From Felis catus (Eukaryota), in assembly GCF_018350175.1 (NCBI RefSeq), contig NC_058368.1, positions 80,478,001 through 80,542,000 on the forward strand: a stretch of DNA of 64,000 nucleotides, read 5' to 3'. A model generated the notes under the pieces. The model had not been told where the DNA came from and did not search any database. It saw only the letters and a program-made list of their open reading frames with translations. The stretch's first letter is position 1, and the number at the start of each line of letters is the position of its first letter. Positions 38,244 through 50,748 of this stretch are shown here, piece after piece. Made by a program: the position numbers and the translations under genes.

Positions 38244-41200
38244 GGAACAATGGATGCTAAATTAGTGGTGAAAATATGGTGAAAAGCAGGGTATTTTTAC
38301 AGTCTGAAAGTATCTCCCCCCAAAATACTAATTGTTTACACATGGAAAAAAAAATCAAGTTGATTATGGAGACACCGGGTATACAGTACCTTGAATAAGT
38401 GATCAAAGTGAACACCCCCCACTCCGGGTAATGAGATAGTCTACATCATGCACATCCTCATGGGACGCACGAAGGAAGACATAGCATCACTTCTTTAACA
38501 TTCTTGCCCCGAAGGCAACCTGAATCTAGTCGTGGGGAGAATTCAGACAAACCCAAATTGAAAGAGATTGTATTAAGTAGCTGGCCAGTACTCCCCAAAG
38601 TCATGAAAGACAGAGACCGGGTAACCCCCCAGGCGGGAACGACAGATGTGACGTCACCGGTAGCTGCCATGAGGAATCTGAATGGATCCTGGAGCCAAAA
38701 AATGGCATTGGGAAGATAATTGACAAAATTTGGACCAGGTCTGTAGGTTACCAGGCAGGACTGCATCAGCGTGGACTTCCTGGTTTTAGTAATTGTACTC
38801 GAGTTATGTAAGACGCTACCACTGGGGAAAGCTGGGTGGGAGGAACACGGGAAAGTCTACCACTTTCCTAGGTTGTGGGTCTAAACTGGTTTCACAATGG
38901 AGCCGTTTTAGATGTTGCATCCTGCGCGTTTCACCCATCCCGTCGCTTTCCTGTTACCAGACACATGAGCCTCGCTCCCGCACACGCCATGGCAGCACCT
39001 GCCTCCCTGTACAAGTCGCCAGAGACAGTCCGCCCGTCTGCACCAGTTTGCAAACAGAGATTTTTATTGAGGTGGACCATCATTAAGTTTGCTGAGAACG
39101 TGGCGCTCCGTGCGCTCAGCGGTTTGGGTCTTGTCCCCTGGGTGGGTAGTGAGGGCGCCTTAGGTCCAGGGTGGTGGGGGTGGGTGGGGGGAGACAGCTA
39201 TGGTGTCTCCCCCCACCCCAAAGAGGATGGTGCTCCTCCAGGGATGGCTGGCTCAGAGACTCTTCTGCACCCAGTGGAAATGTCCCTCCCAGGCTGACCA
39301 GCGGGTCCGGGACCACGCCTTCTTGCCCCCTCAGTCAGTCCTGCCTGGGGCTGGCTCCCAATCTACCTCCAGCCTGCCACCTGATACGGGCAGTCCCTGA
39401 GCCGAGCCGTGCCTCAGTTTCTCCATCGGAACAGCACTTTCAAGCTAAGGGGGGCACAGACAACTTCTGCCGCACGAAGCTGTTGCTGACACAAGGAGGA
39501 GGCCTTTATGTTAAACGGTGGCATTTGCCTGGAACCCGGGGAAGGCTGGGGTGCGTCCCAGCAGCAGAGGGGCGGTGTGGGGAGGGTGGGGTGCTCTGCT
39601 GAGCTCTCAGGCGAGTTTCAGGGTGCAGCCCGGGATGGGCACAGGGGTGGCCTGCAGCGTCGTCTGCAGCTCTCCGTGCATGCACCATGGGTCTGGGAAT
39701 TGCACGGTCCCTCTGAGGGTGGGCCTGGGCCCCAGGACCCTGGAGGGCTGGTGGCTTCTCTGATGCCCCCACCCCAGACTCAGTCCCTTCCCCCTGGCTC
39801 TCATTCTCACTGGCTCAGGTTTTCCTGTCCATTCTTATTTCCTCCTGCTTCTCCAGTGAGCCTGATGGGTGTGATGCAGGGAGAGTGTGTCCCTGAAGCC
39901 GCTCCGGGTCACGGTGGTCCTTCAGTGGAGACACACCCATCCTTCAGTATAGACCCTTCCTTAACTTCTCCTATCTGCAGCCCCCCCGCAACAAAGGCTT
40001 CTGGCTGTATTCATGCCCATTAGGCACTTTGAGTCAGTCAGTGGGTGGGACAACCCCAGAGGGGCTAGAAATGTTCCTTGCCATGAAAATCCTACTCTCG
40101 TTCTATCCTTCCAAACACCAGAGACTGGCTCCCTGGGGAAGAGTCTCTGTGGAATGGACTGAAATGTAGGTTCCAGGGCCCGGCCTGCAGATATGCTCAG
40201 CTCCCCTCCACTGTGCCTGGTACACAGGACCTGGTCCCTCCTCTAGGGCCCGCCACAACCCTTCACGGGCCAGGCATCCCGCGAGCTACATGGGCACCTT
40301 TCTTTTGCGTCATCTTTAGGGTGAGGAAAAGATCTGTCACCCCGTGGGGGGCTAGCTCCTCAGCCTCAGAGCCTGAACATGGAGTTAATTTCAGCAACTT
40401 TGGCCGTTGGAGGGACACTTTCTCTCACTCCGGGGAACCTCCCTGGTGGCGGGGCGACACTGGCTCTCCCTGCCCAACCCCTGACCCCCAGGGAGGGGCA
40501 GGTACCCAGCTGACGTGTGGGAGGGGCGGGCAGTGTGGCGGCCCTTCCTCCCGGCTAGTGGCCACCTGCCTGCCGGGACCTTCCTGCCAGGCTCTGCTTC
40601 TCCAGGGTCAGGACCACGGGCAGGGGTGGTGGGCAGGCGGTTCCTCGACGGAGACGGGAAATCAGCCCCACTGGGGTGAAGCAGCCTCAATCTCTCTCCA
40701 GCCACGCTTTCATCCTCCGTGACGGGGACGTCCCCGTGTACATCTGCCTGGCTCCTCTGTCCTCCCCACCACCTTCTCCTAAGGCAGGGGCATTACCGGG
40801 TTGCATTTACCATCAAAGAAAGGCCTTTTTTCTTTCCCAGAAGAGAATTTCTTTTTATGATGCTTCTTATTAATATCCATCTTATAATCCGTTTGAGTAT
40901 AGGTTTCTTTGATGAAGACCATGAAAAAATAAGGAAAAGATTTTTTGGTTACATACACGTGAACATTTGGGTCCACACTGTATCTTACGGAACGCTAACA
41001 GTTGTCAAGGTCTGCTGAGAACGTGCCCTGGAAAGTTGACATGTACCGGAGTCAGGCATCATCTGACCGCCTTGAACCCAGCAGTTTGGGCCCCAGCAGA
41101 TGCTGGGTGGTGTTCGTCCCAGGAACCGGAATTCACATCTGGGCGCACAATTGCAAGAAAGTGCTGAACTTCCCGGCTGCTGAATGCAGTTCACGCACTG

Positions 41201-42339
41201 CTTGTGGATTTCTGCTCCTGGCCTCCCCTTAGCAACTGTCAGCCAAGTACTGGGCCTTGGTTCTCAGCGAGCTGTTTCACTGATCAACACGCACCCCGGA
41301 CACCACGGAACCGCCCTTTGGAAAAGCGCCTTCTCTCCCACGTTCACTACTAGCCATGTGGCCTCGGGCAGGTTCTTCAGACCTTTGTTCTGTCCTGCGT
41401 GCAATGGGGTCAATGTCACTGCCCGCGCTCTCAGAACGCTTAGGTACGTGTCAGTGAGCAGGTGGTCGCAAGTCCCCGTTTCCATGTGTCCCCCCTGTTC
41501 CCGCAGTGGCTAAGCCGCCTTTGCATCCTAAGCACAAGAGCCTGCTTATGTGTGCACCCCGAGACCACCCCAAAATAAGAGGAACTTGTCTCCACCAGCC
41601 TCGGCTTGGCCGCCTCAATCTCGGGAAGGTTACAGAGAAGGTTCCGGACACCTGTTTCTTGCACACCGCCATTTGCTTTTGCCCCAGAAGTAAGCTGGCC
41701 TTAAAGAATGTAAACTGGTAGGATTGTGTCTTCACAACCACAGACCTCTAGGAGTACACGCCATCACAGGTGTAAAAAATGTATACTTGCTTTTTTTCTT
41801 CATAATCATTGTTGATTTTGGTAGTGGTCTTTGTGTCATAAGCAATGATGAATTACTTGGATCCAATATCTCTTGGACTAGAATTTCATCTTGGGAAAAG
41901 CACATAAGGACACGTCAGAACCAGTGGAGCAGGACAGGTACCCTCTTGTTCTACCGGGACCGAAGGCAGTCTGTGAAGCGGGACTAGAAACTGGAACTCA
42001 AGGGGCACCGTGGAGACGGACGGGGGTGGGCTCTCTAAAGAGCCCTGTCTGGGGTGGGAGACCACTGCCCCCCTCAGCAACTCCTGAAAACCTGAGGGCG
42101 TCCAGATGCCCTGGACAATAAACTTTGTTCCCCAAAGACACGAGGCTAGAAAGCCTGGCCCAGGTGCCGTCCCACCTCTACTCTCTGCCCCTCTGTCCTT
42201 CTGTCCCCTCTGAGACTTTCCCCAAGCCGTCCCCTTGGAGGCACACGGTCTTTCCCGATTTCTGCAGAACGCAGCATTGTTTTCTCTCTCCCTCTACGTC
42301 TCCCTGACAGCTCCTAGGAAGCTTCTAACGTAAGTGCAC

Positions 42340-42520
42340 TGGGTTTTGCATCAGAGAGATGGGACCCACATCCTGGGTTCGCTCTCACTGGATCACAACC
42401 CAGGCAGCTTCCACTTGGACCCTCAGTTTTCTCCTCTGTAAAATGGGTCTGTCTCATCTCATCAGGCATGTTATGAGGGTCACATAAAGCCGTGTATGTG
42501 GAAAGCCCTTAGTACAGTCG
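42340..42520 (+). mobile_element. MIR SINE
   Basis: Core cctcagttttctcctctgtaaaatggg...gttatgaggg...tgtggaaagcccttagtacagt. Confidence 0.75.
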
Positions 42521-45500
42521 GGGACTGAGATGGAGGCCTCCCTCAGGGCTCCCCTAAGCTGTCTGTCCCCCTGCATGCACCTCCCCCCAGCTGTCCTGGG
42601 CCAGCACCTCCCCCAGGGTCCCTGCCCCCAGCCACCTCTTTTCCACCCTGAGCTCTCCCTGCCCCACCCACCTGAGTCTCTGCCACAGGCACGTGGCGGT
42701 GGCCTGGCGGATGCCCTGCTACAGGGAGCTCTGAATGGGCAGCCCCTGCTGTTCTCACGCGGTGGCCTCACTTATTTCCAGAGACGCGGATGTCTTACTC
42801 TCTCGCCCCCATCCGGGGGAAGTATGGGGTGGGTGGAGAGGGAGCCTCAGCTCCCCTTCTGGGCTTAGTTGATCAGAAATCCCAGTGACTCATCCTTTCT
42901 GACTTTCTCCACCGTGGCCAGGACTTTGGGGGGTCGGCCCACGGGATGGAGGGGGTGCTGGTGTCAGGACTATCATCCTGCGGGGCCCGGGACGGTCAGA
43001 GCCCCCAGGAAACTTGGGAGCGTTTGTCTCCACCACTCGTGGACCTGCTGGTGCCCCGTTCTTGCTGGAAAGTTCACCTGACGAGGCCTCGCCCTTCCAG
43101 GTCTGGCTAAGCTCACACCTGTGTGGGGCCACAGGCGTGTGATTGTAGCTTCAAACCAAATCGCATGTCTCCACCTTGTGTGACGAGCCACCCCTCCAAA
43201 TACAGACCAGACATTTCATACAAGGAGTTTCCTTACCAAATAGTGCAGCCACGTTGTCATCAAAATTTTTTAAATTTGGTGGCAGTGCTGTATGTGGACC
43301 TAGAAAAGAAATAGAAAAGTTAACAATTTAATAATTCATTGAATTTGCACTGATCTCTCTCTCTGCGGCGCCCACCAGCCCGCTGCAGGGGGGAGAGGCT
43401 TGCAAGGGGTTCCCAGGACTGGGTTCTCATCCGGAAAGTGGCGGGCAAGGCGGCCGTGTGGTAGAGGGACGTGCCCTGTGCTCTGAGTCCTGCCGCGTGG
43501 GGCAGTGCTCGCTGGCACCGTCCCTCGGAAGGGAACACGCGTCCTGGCACCTAGGATGACTGCCCTTGCACGTGCTCCGCGGACAGCCAACCAAGAGGGA
43601 CGCGCACGTCCTTTCTGAAGGGCCCCAGAGGCTGGTGCCTCTGGGAGCTTAGGGACGTGATTTGGGGAACGGTGGGGGTTCTGTGGCCGGGAGGGATCCC
43701 AGAGAGACTGGCCACCCGCTCTCTCCCCTTCAGAAGCAGAGTGATTCCAGGTGGTCTGTTTACAGGGAAGGCACGGGGTCTCAGGGGTGAGCCGGCCGGG
43801 CCAGACGGCAGACTTCCGTGGGATCCCTGGACGCCCGACCCCCAGCCTCCCCGGCCTCGCTGGGGGCCCGGCAGTGCATGGAGTGAGGGTTTCCGCAAGG
43901 CGGCACCAGCCGGGGGCTCCCTACTACTCCTTTTGCTCAGAGCTGGGTGTCCTCGTCCATTTCCTCGACTCAGGGTCAAGGTCAGCCTCCCCTCCCGCCC
44001 CCGGGGAGGGGAGAGGGCACGCCCGGGACCCGCTGGGCAGCGCCACCTTGCCCGGCTGCACAGAGCTCGCAGGCGTCTGCAGACTCTCGTTCCAACAGTA
44101 AACCAGTGACGACGCTGATTTTCAAATGGTTTTAATGACGGACAATCTGCATACCAATGGCCTCATCTGCACGCGGGGCTTAGAACAATGCGGAAATCTC
44201 TGCAAGGAGGTCTGCACGGAGATGACAATCGCTTCCCAGTGTGCTGACCTCCCGGCAACGAGGCAAACAAAAGTACAGTTCGCCGAGGATGAGGCATTAA
44301 TGAGTCATTAAGAATGGGCACAGCTGCGTCGAGTGAGCACTTTGTCAAAAATACTCTTTTCATTCTGTGTCTGTCCCGTGATTATAATGGGAGTATTGTG
44401 CCAGTCAGGCAGCAAGCGTGTGCAGAAAAATATTTATGCTCTAGAATACCCGCACGGTTTTCAAAGTGCATTGTCAACGGTGGCGGCTGTGGCGTGTTTC
44501 GCCTGTTGTCACCTCCGACTGACAGTCTCTTGGCTTCAAACCGCCGGGCGCCGGAGTTACCAGGATCCCTGACTACTCCTCCATATTTGCACAGTGCTCA
44601 TCCTGGACACCGGGAAGGGCTCGCTGCTGACCTCTGCGGCTGTGCTCTGGTTAATTTGGGGAAAACAAGGCAAACCAGGCCCATGGCTGCCGTTCCCGTC
44701 TCTCCTGGTGGTCAGGGCGACTCATGTTGGCCAACAGCACCAGTGCCCTCGGAGGCGGTAAGCCCCCGGGGGGGGGGGGGACTTCAACCATCCCCGTTTT
44801 GACTGCAAACTTTCTAATAGATGAAGTTCTCATTTCCAGTTTCTCCCTTAACTCAAGCAAGACTCGGAGGGCAAAGCCTCCTCCGATGGGAATAGAAACT
44901 GCCTGAGCCGGCCGGAGCCCACACGTGATGGACCCCATGACAATGATGCACATGACCCTTCCTGTCCATCCGCCTGTGCCCTGGCCTCTGTCCCACATCT
45001 CTGCAGATGAACCTGGAAGGGTCTTTGCATTTGGAGACAGTCTTGGGGACGCCAGTCCGCGCTGTCTTCTGGCTGTCGGCCTCACCGAAGTGAACTCCTT
45101 TCTCGTGTCACCACCACTGTCTCCACCTTTGGATTTTGTCAGCGGCCGGAGCTGGTCTGCTTGGGACCCCCGGAGACGGGTACTCCCGCGCCCCTGCGCC
45201 CCAGTCGCAAGCCCATAAGGAAACCCACTGTTTCCTTTCAGAAAATGATTTAGGGACTGCCCTCAACTGGCCTTTCAAGCCAGGAAGACCATGACGGTCA
45301 CCTAAGGGTGTCCCTGTCCGGACAGGAGACCAGGTCGGGGAGGGGCGGGCTGGCTTAGGGCTGGAGGAGTGCTCTGTCCCTGGGCGCTGGGAGCACCTCC
45401 CGAGGGCACTGGCACGTGACAGTCTGAGCAGGAAGGAGCAGCCTGGAGGGACGCGCCCTCCCATGGGGGACACATGGCCCCACCTGTTACAGCCCCGTCC

Positions 45501-46369
45501 GCACCCACGGCGTCGCAAAGGACACTGTCCTTGGGAAGCGCCTCAGAGCTCAGTTTGCTGAAGAAAAGGAAGTTGGGGATGTTCAGTCCTTTCAGGACCA
45601 CCTGACTTCTGGCCCGACTGCGGCCAGCTGGCCCGTTTCCCCCCACCCCCCCCCCCACCCCGGACATGTGGGCATGGCAAGGGCGGGAGGGGACACAGAA
45701 CCGGCTCGGGCAGCACCCATCGTCCTGCTCTCAGAGAAGCCCCCCAAACCCTGTGGGTGAGCCTTCAGGGTCCACTCGGCCATCCTTGGGAGCTGGGGCT
45801 GGGGGACCATCTCGGTCCCGTTCCTTCCATCTGTGGTGACCTGTGCGGCAGGTGTAAGAGTGGCCGGGTGGCCTGAGAATAGAGCTTCCTGGCAGGAAGT
45901 CGGGTGGGGGGGTCACAGAGCACCCCCTCCCTGCCATCCTTTGCTGGGGAGTCACAGAGTCCCATCCCGTCCCGGACGGCCTGTCCCCGCTCGGATCCTC
46001 CACAAGGAAGGGGCCAGCACGGGAGGGCCGGGGCCAGAGGCACACGGGGGCCGTCCTGGGTGTGATCGGCACCCTCCCTGACAAGGGCATTCGGGGACCA
46101 CGGTGGATCAGGTGCAGCCGGGATGAGCTGCTGTGCAGGCTTCCGTTAATTTTGTCCGGGTCTTCACGACACCGGCGTGTAAGGGACAACCGCCTCACGT
46201 TAGCAAGAAAAGGTTTACGTGAAGCGGTAAGACCATTTGGACAGGACTACAAGGTCCCGGGGACAGCAGCAGTGTGTGTGTGCAGGAAGTGCAGGGTGGC
46301 GGACGGGGTGGGGGTGGCAGGGTCTCTGTGCTGCCCCTCGACTTTCGGGAGGTTAGAAATTGTCTTTGT

Positions 46370-46586
46370 TTCCTTAGTTTAGGGGGAGAGGGAGAGAGAG
46401 AGAGAGAGAGAGCAAGCATGTGCATGAGCAGGGGAGAGAGGCAGAGAGGGGAAACAGAGAAAACCCCCACCAGGCTCCATACTCAGCACGGAGGCCAATG
46501 CGGGGCTGGATCCCATGACCCTGGGGTCAAGACCTGGGCCCAAATCAAGAGTCGGCCGCTCAACCGACTGAACCACCAGGCGCCCT
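46370..46586 (-). mobile_element. Can-SINE
   Basis: (GA)n tract; body ending ctcaaccgactgaaccaccaggcgccc. Confidence 0.9.
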
Positions 46587-46957
46587 AGAAATCATCTGTG
46601 ATAAAAAGTGAAAATACATCGCATACGTTCCTTCCCCATGGGGTTCTGGAGTTTGAAAAGGACTTTCAAGGTAGAAAAGTGTTCAACTCGCTTCACTCTC
46701 TCCCAGAAATGGATGGGAAACTGGGGAGGTGGGGAGGGGCCTGACTCAGCCCCAGGGAGACGTGCGTTTCCCACCCGCCCAATAGCCACCCACCTGTGAC
46801 TGTACCTGAAGTCGTGTTGATGGGCTGGGGCTCCGTGTGGCACCAGCAGGACAGCAGCAGGACAAACAGGGTCACTCCTCTGTCTCCTGCCATGTTCCCT
46901 CCGGCTGAAGGAGGAAGACCATGCCCTGAAGACCTTGGTCTCCAGGATACCCTGGAA

Positions 46958-47362
46958 TGTCCAGGGTCCTGTGACATCACAGCAGGAAGTGAGTGGGGTC
47001 CTGCACCCTCGTGCTGGGAGGGCCATGTCTGGGGAGCTGTGATGTCATGGCGGGAAGGGCGCGGGGTCCTACCCCGTGTTCCGGGGAGGTTAGTGTCCAG
47101 CATCCTGTGACGTCATGGCAGGAAGTGCACAGGGTCCTGCCCCTTATGCAGGGAGCGTGGTGTCCGGGGTCCTGTGATGTCACGCAGGAAGTGAGTGGCG
47201 TACCGCCCCATGTGCGGGGAGGGCCGTGTCCGGGGACATGTGACGTCACGGCGGGAAGTGAGCTAGGCCCTCCTGTGTACAGAGAGGGTGGTGTCCATGG
47301 ACCTGTGACGCTACGGCGGGAAGTGAACCAGATCCTGCCACGTGTGCGGGGAAGGGAGTGTC
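46958..47362. repeat. Tandem repeat, six diverged units of about 65-68 bp, each with a CRE-like and a GGAAGTG motif
   Basis: GTGA(C/T)(G/A)TCA-type cores start at 46971, 47039, 47107, 47174, 47240 and 47305. Confidence 0.9.
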
Positions 47363-47494
47363 ATGCTCAGGGTCTATGCCCTGGGAAGGCGTGGGAGATT
47401 GGCTGGGCCTTGGGGAGCCCATCTACCTACACCTGTTTTGGGCTCCGCTTCCTTCTTCAGTCCTGCATATCCTTCATCTGTGTCCACCTCGCCC

Positions 47495-47612
47495 CTGGAT
47501 GCCTGTTAGGAACGCATTCTCTGCGCCCAGCTCTGATCCCCTGAATTAGAATCTGAATCTGCCCCAGATCCCGGGGAGATACCTGTGCACAAGAAATTTG
47601 GGAAGCCCTGGG
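47495..47612. mobile_element. MER5A-like DNA transposon remnant
   Basis: tgttaggaacgcattct...ctgaattagaatctg...tttgggaagccctg. Confidence 0.55.
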
Positions 47613-47637
47613 CTGCAGCGGTGGTCACTCTGGCCCT

Positions 47638-49222
47638 TGTAGGTGGAAGAAAGTATTCCTTGACTCTTTTGTGGTTCCTGGCTGTGTCTGAAAATGAAAC
47701 CGACAGTCACAGGTTAATAGGAGAAAGATTTATTCAAGATAGATTTCGTGTGAAGACAAAAAGACACAGAAGATGGCATATGGAAATGAAGTCAAGAAGA
47801 CAGTTGTAATGCCCCTGATTTCAAATCCGAGAGACCACCAAGGAGCCGATGCAAAAGCACGAGGGTTTATTTGCAAGCTTGAGCTTGGGCCCAAGTATAC
47901 CCGACACAGCAGAGCAGGGACTTGGACCCCTAGGTTAAGAGGCGTAGCAGATTTATAGGGGCCAGTGGCCAATGAGATTGTAACACACACAGAAAGCTGC
48001 ATAGTCATGTCAGTCCACACGCAGGTGGCCAATTGAATTACAATTTACGCTACAGTAACTGTTTGAACTAGCCTATCACTCTGGTCAGAATTGGCACGCA
48101 AGTTTCGCGGGCAAAAGGCGGGGTTTACATTCTTTGGCGGTTAGGGGTTCGGCATTCCTATATGAGCCGGTTTCCACTAAGGGTGTGCTCAATGGCTTGA
48201 CTAGGGTGGGGGAGTGTCTTAAGCAATAAGTAGGTCATGTGGGGGTTATACATGAGATGGTGGGTGTAGCACAAAATGGAGTTAGTCTTGCTCTGCTTGT
48301 CCAGGGGTAGGGGATTTTTGTTAAATTCCTTGGGTCCCACAGTTTGTTGAGTGTTTTATGCTGGGTTGGATGAGGAGTGGGCAGTGCGGGAGGAACAGGA
48401 CAGGTGTAGGCATGGGAGAGCAGTGACCCCTGGGAAACAGTGAGGCATGCTTGTTGGGGTTCTTGTTGGGCTTCCCTTTGTCTTCAGAGTTAGAGACACT
48501 CCTTTCCTCTGGGTGTAAGGAGGATGCTTCTCATATGACGTTCTTATGACCTGTTTTAGGGGGCAAGGGTGAGGCAGGTAGAGGTCAGACTGACCTACCT
48601 ACCTTGGCCATTTTCTCAAACTCCTTCAGCTTAAGTTAGTCAGTGTGCCACAGTGACATAGTTTGGAGTGGCTTGTCTGGAGCCTCATCTTTCTCCCGTC
48701 TGAAACTTTCCCAAGGTTCACGTCCAGAGAAGATTGTCACATACCCATTGAACCAAGTCCTGGGTATTTGAATGGAAACAAATAAAAACAAAGGTTAATG
48801 GTTAGAACAAACTACAGGCAGTTTCGGAGTCCAGTGGGCAGTCGTTGGAGATTTTTAGGCTTCGGGCTCAAAGCATCTTCAGAAGGAGTGACGCCAGTTG
48901 CTGGCAATCTGATGGATTTTCCTGGCTTGTAGTTTTTAATCGTCTCTGGTGATGTCATCAGATGTCCCAGTGAACGTGAACTTTCTGAGTGGCCCCCACA
49001 GCAGCAGATGGGAAGGCTGTCCAGACATGAGCTGTGTCAGTGGTTTCTCTGAAGTTTGTATTGAGCTGTCCTGTTTTTATTTGCAGGGCTTCCGGAAAAG
49101 GACAGGTTTAATTTTTAGCAGTTCTGAGACAGAGGAGCAGGGGAAAAATTGGAAACGTTGGTTTGGAGAGTGGTGGTTGGATATTGGGAGGAAATTAGAA
49201 TTCAGGATCCAGTTCAGTTTTA
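47638..49222 (-). mobile_element. Older ERV1 (MER34/MER4-group-like) LTR (47638-48687) plus adjacent internal fragment, split by a younger LTR
   Basis: TG start at 47638, CA end at about 48687, then a purine tract on the minus strand and MER4-group-like internal sequence; minus-strand AATAAA near 47730. Confidence 0.65.
47805..48341 (-). mobile_element. Young ERV1/gammaretrovirus-like solo LTR (about 537 bp)
   Basis: TGT...ACA termini; minus-strand TATAAA at about 47952-47957 and AATAAA at 47866-47871; two ggccaat boxes upstream of the TATA; CAGTT duplicated at both junctions; CpGs retained. Confidence 0.85.
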
Positions 49223-50295
49223 TGGAGATATAATCGACATACAACATCGTGTGCATCTAAGGTACACAGCGTAGTGATCTTTATATACGTACACGGTCCA
49301 GGTGACAGGGACGTAACAAAACCTTGACGAAAACGAACAGAACCAGTCCTGGGTGTGCACAAGGGTGTGCCACGGTTTTCCAATGGAACGTTTTTCTCTC
49401 CAGAGTCACCACGATTGCAAAGTTTTGTCAACTTAAATACAGAGGGAAACTGAGGCAGGCTCGAGTGACCAGCCACCGGGTTCATTCAGGAGCAGCAGTT
49501 GGGGACACACACACGGTAGCAGGTGGCAACGACCCCGTGGAAGGTCCAGGGTGGTGATGGTCACGGATGGGCAGGAGCGCCAAGAGGGGGCGTCCAGCCC
49601 GAGTCCCAGCAGTGAGTTCCCCGGCTCCGGAATGGGCAGAGACTCTTGGTGGCGCTTATCGGTCAGGAGGTGACTGCGGTTTTCCGAAAGTCCCGTGTTT
49701 TCGGGGAATCAGTATGTCAGTTCTCAAGCTTCGGTCTCCTGAGGGCACAGGTGTGAGATTCTCCACTTCCTCCCTCCGGTGACATTGTACCTGAGAGTCT
49801 CTCAGTTTCAAGGGAAGAGTGGTCAGAGCAGAAGAGATGTTCAGCCTTGCCTAGGTTAAATTCGTGTACCTGAAATGTAATTAATTAATATACACATATT
49901 GCAGAACGGGAAGTCTCTGTGGGAAGTCCCTGAGCATCTGTTAGGACCTTGCCAACCACAGTGTCCTCTAACACTGCCCAGTTTTAACGACTGTTTGGAG
50001 TTCTGGGCTATCAGGCGACAGCAGTCTGCTGTTCTCAGCCAAGTTTCAGGCATCATCTCAAATGTTGATGGGCCACAGTCTTTAATTTAAACCCAGCATC
50101 TTCTAAGTCAGTGGCCTTCAATGCAAGAGGCACATGAGACAAAAAATGGAGTTTTTCTCTGCACTAATTGATAGAATCGTATGATTTTTCTTCTTTAGCC
50201 TGTTGATGTGACAGATTGTATGGATAGATTTTTGAATGTTGAATCAGCCTCGCATACCTGGGGTAAATCCTACTGGCCCATGGTATATAGTTCTT

Positions 50296-50528
50296 TTAAA
50301 AAATTAAAAAAAAATTTTTAATAATTTTTTTAACGTTTATTCATTTTTGAGAGACAGAGAGCGTGAGTGGGGGAGGGGCAGAGAGAGAGGGTGGCACAGA
50401 ATCTGAAGCAGCTCCAGGCTCTGAGCCGACAGCACAGAACCTGATGTAGGGCTTGAACCCACAGACTGTGAGATCAAGACCTGAGCTGAAGTCAAATGTT
50501 TAACCAACTGAGCCACCTAGTCGCCCCT
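50296..50528 (-). mobile_element. Can-SINE
   Basis: SINE body and T-rich tail. Confidence 0.92.
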
Positions 50529-50531
50529 AAT

Positions 50532-50748
50532 ATTTTTTTAGTGTTTATTTTTGAGAGGGAGAGAAAGAAAGACAGAATGTGAGGGGGGGGGGGAGAAGCA
50601 GAGAGAGAGGGAGACAAAGAATCTGAAGCAGGCTTCAGGCTCTGAGCTGTCAGCACAAAGCCTGACTTGGGGCTTGAACTCACAGATTGTGAGATCATGA
50701 CCTGAACCGAAGTCGGATGCTTAACCGACTGAGCCGCCCAGGTGCCCC
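50532..50748 (-). mobile_element. Can-SINE
   Basis: SINE body ending ttaaccgactgagccgcccaggtgcccc. Confidence 0.92.

Larger units (their letters stand above)
37580..38880 (+). mobile_element. L1MC-like 3' UTR remnant interrupted by two SINEs
   Basis: cctgaatctagtcgtggggagaattcagacaaacccaaattga...tggatcctggagcc...actggggaaagctgggtg. Confidence 0.65.

Noticed and set aside
46958..47362. CRISPR-like repeat-spacer reading of the 67-bp array
   Set aside because: The spacers are homologous to each other, so it is a diverged tandem repeat.
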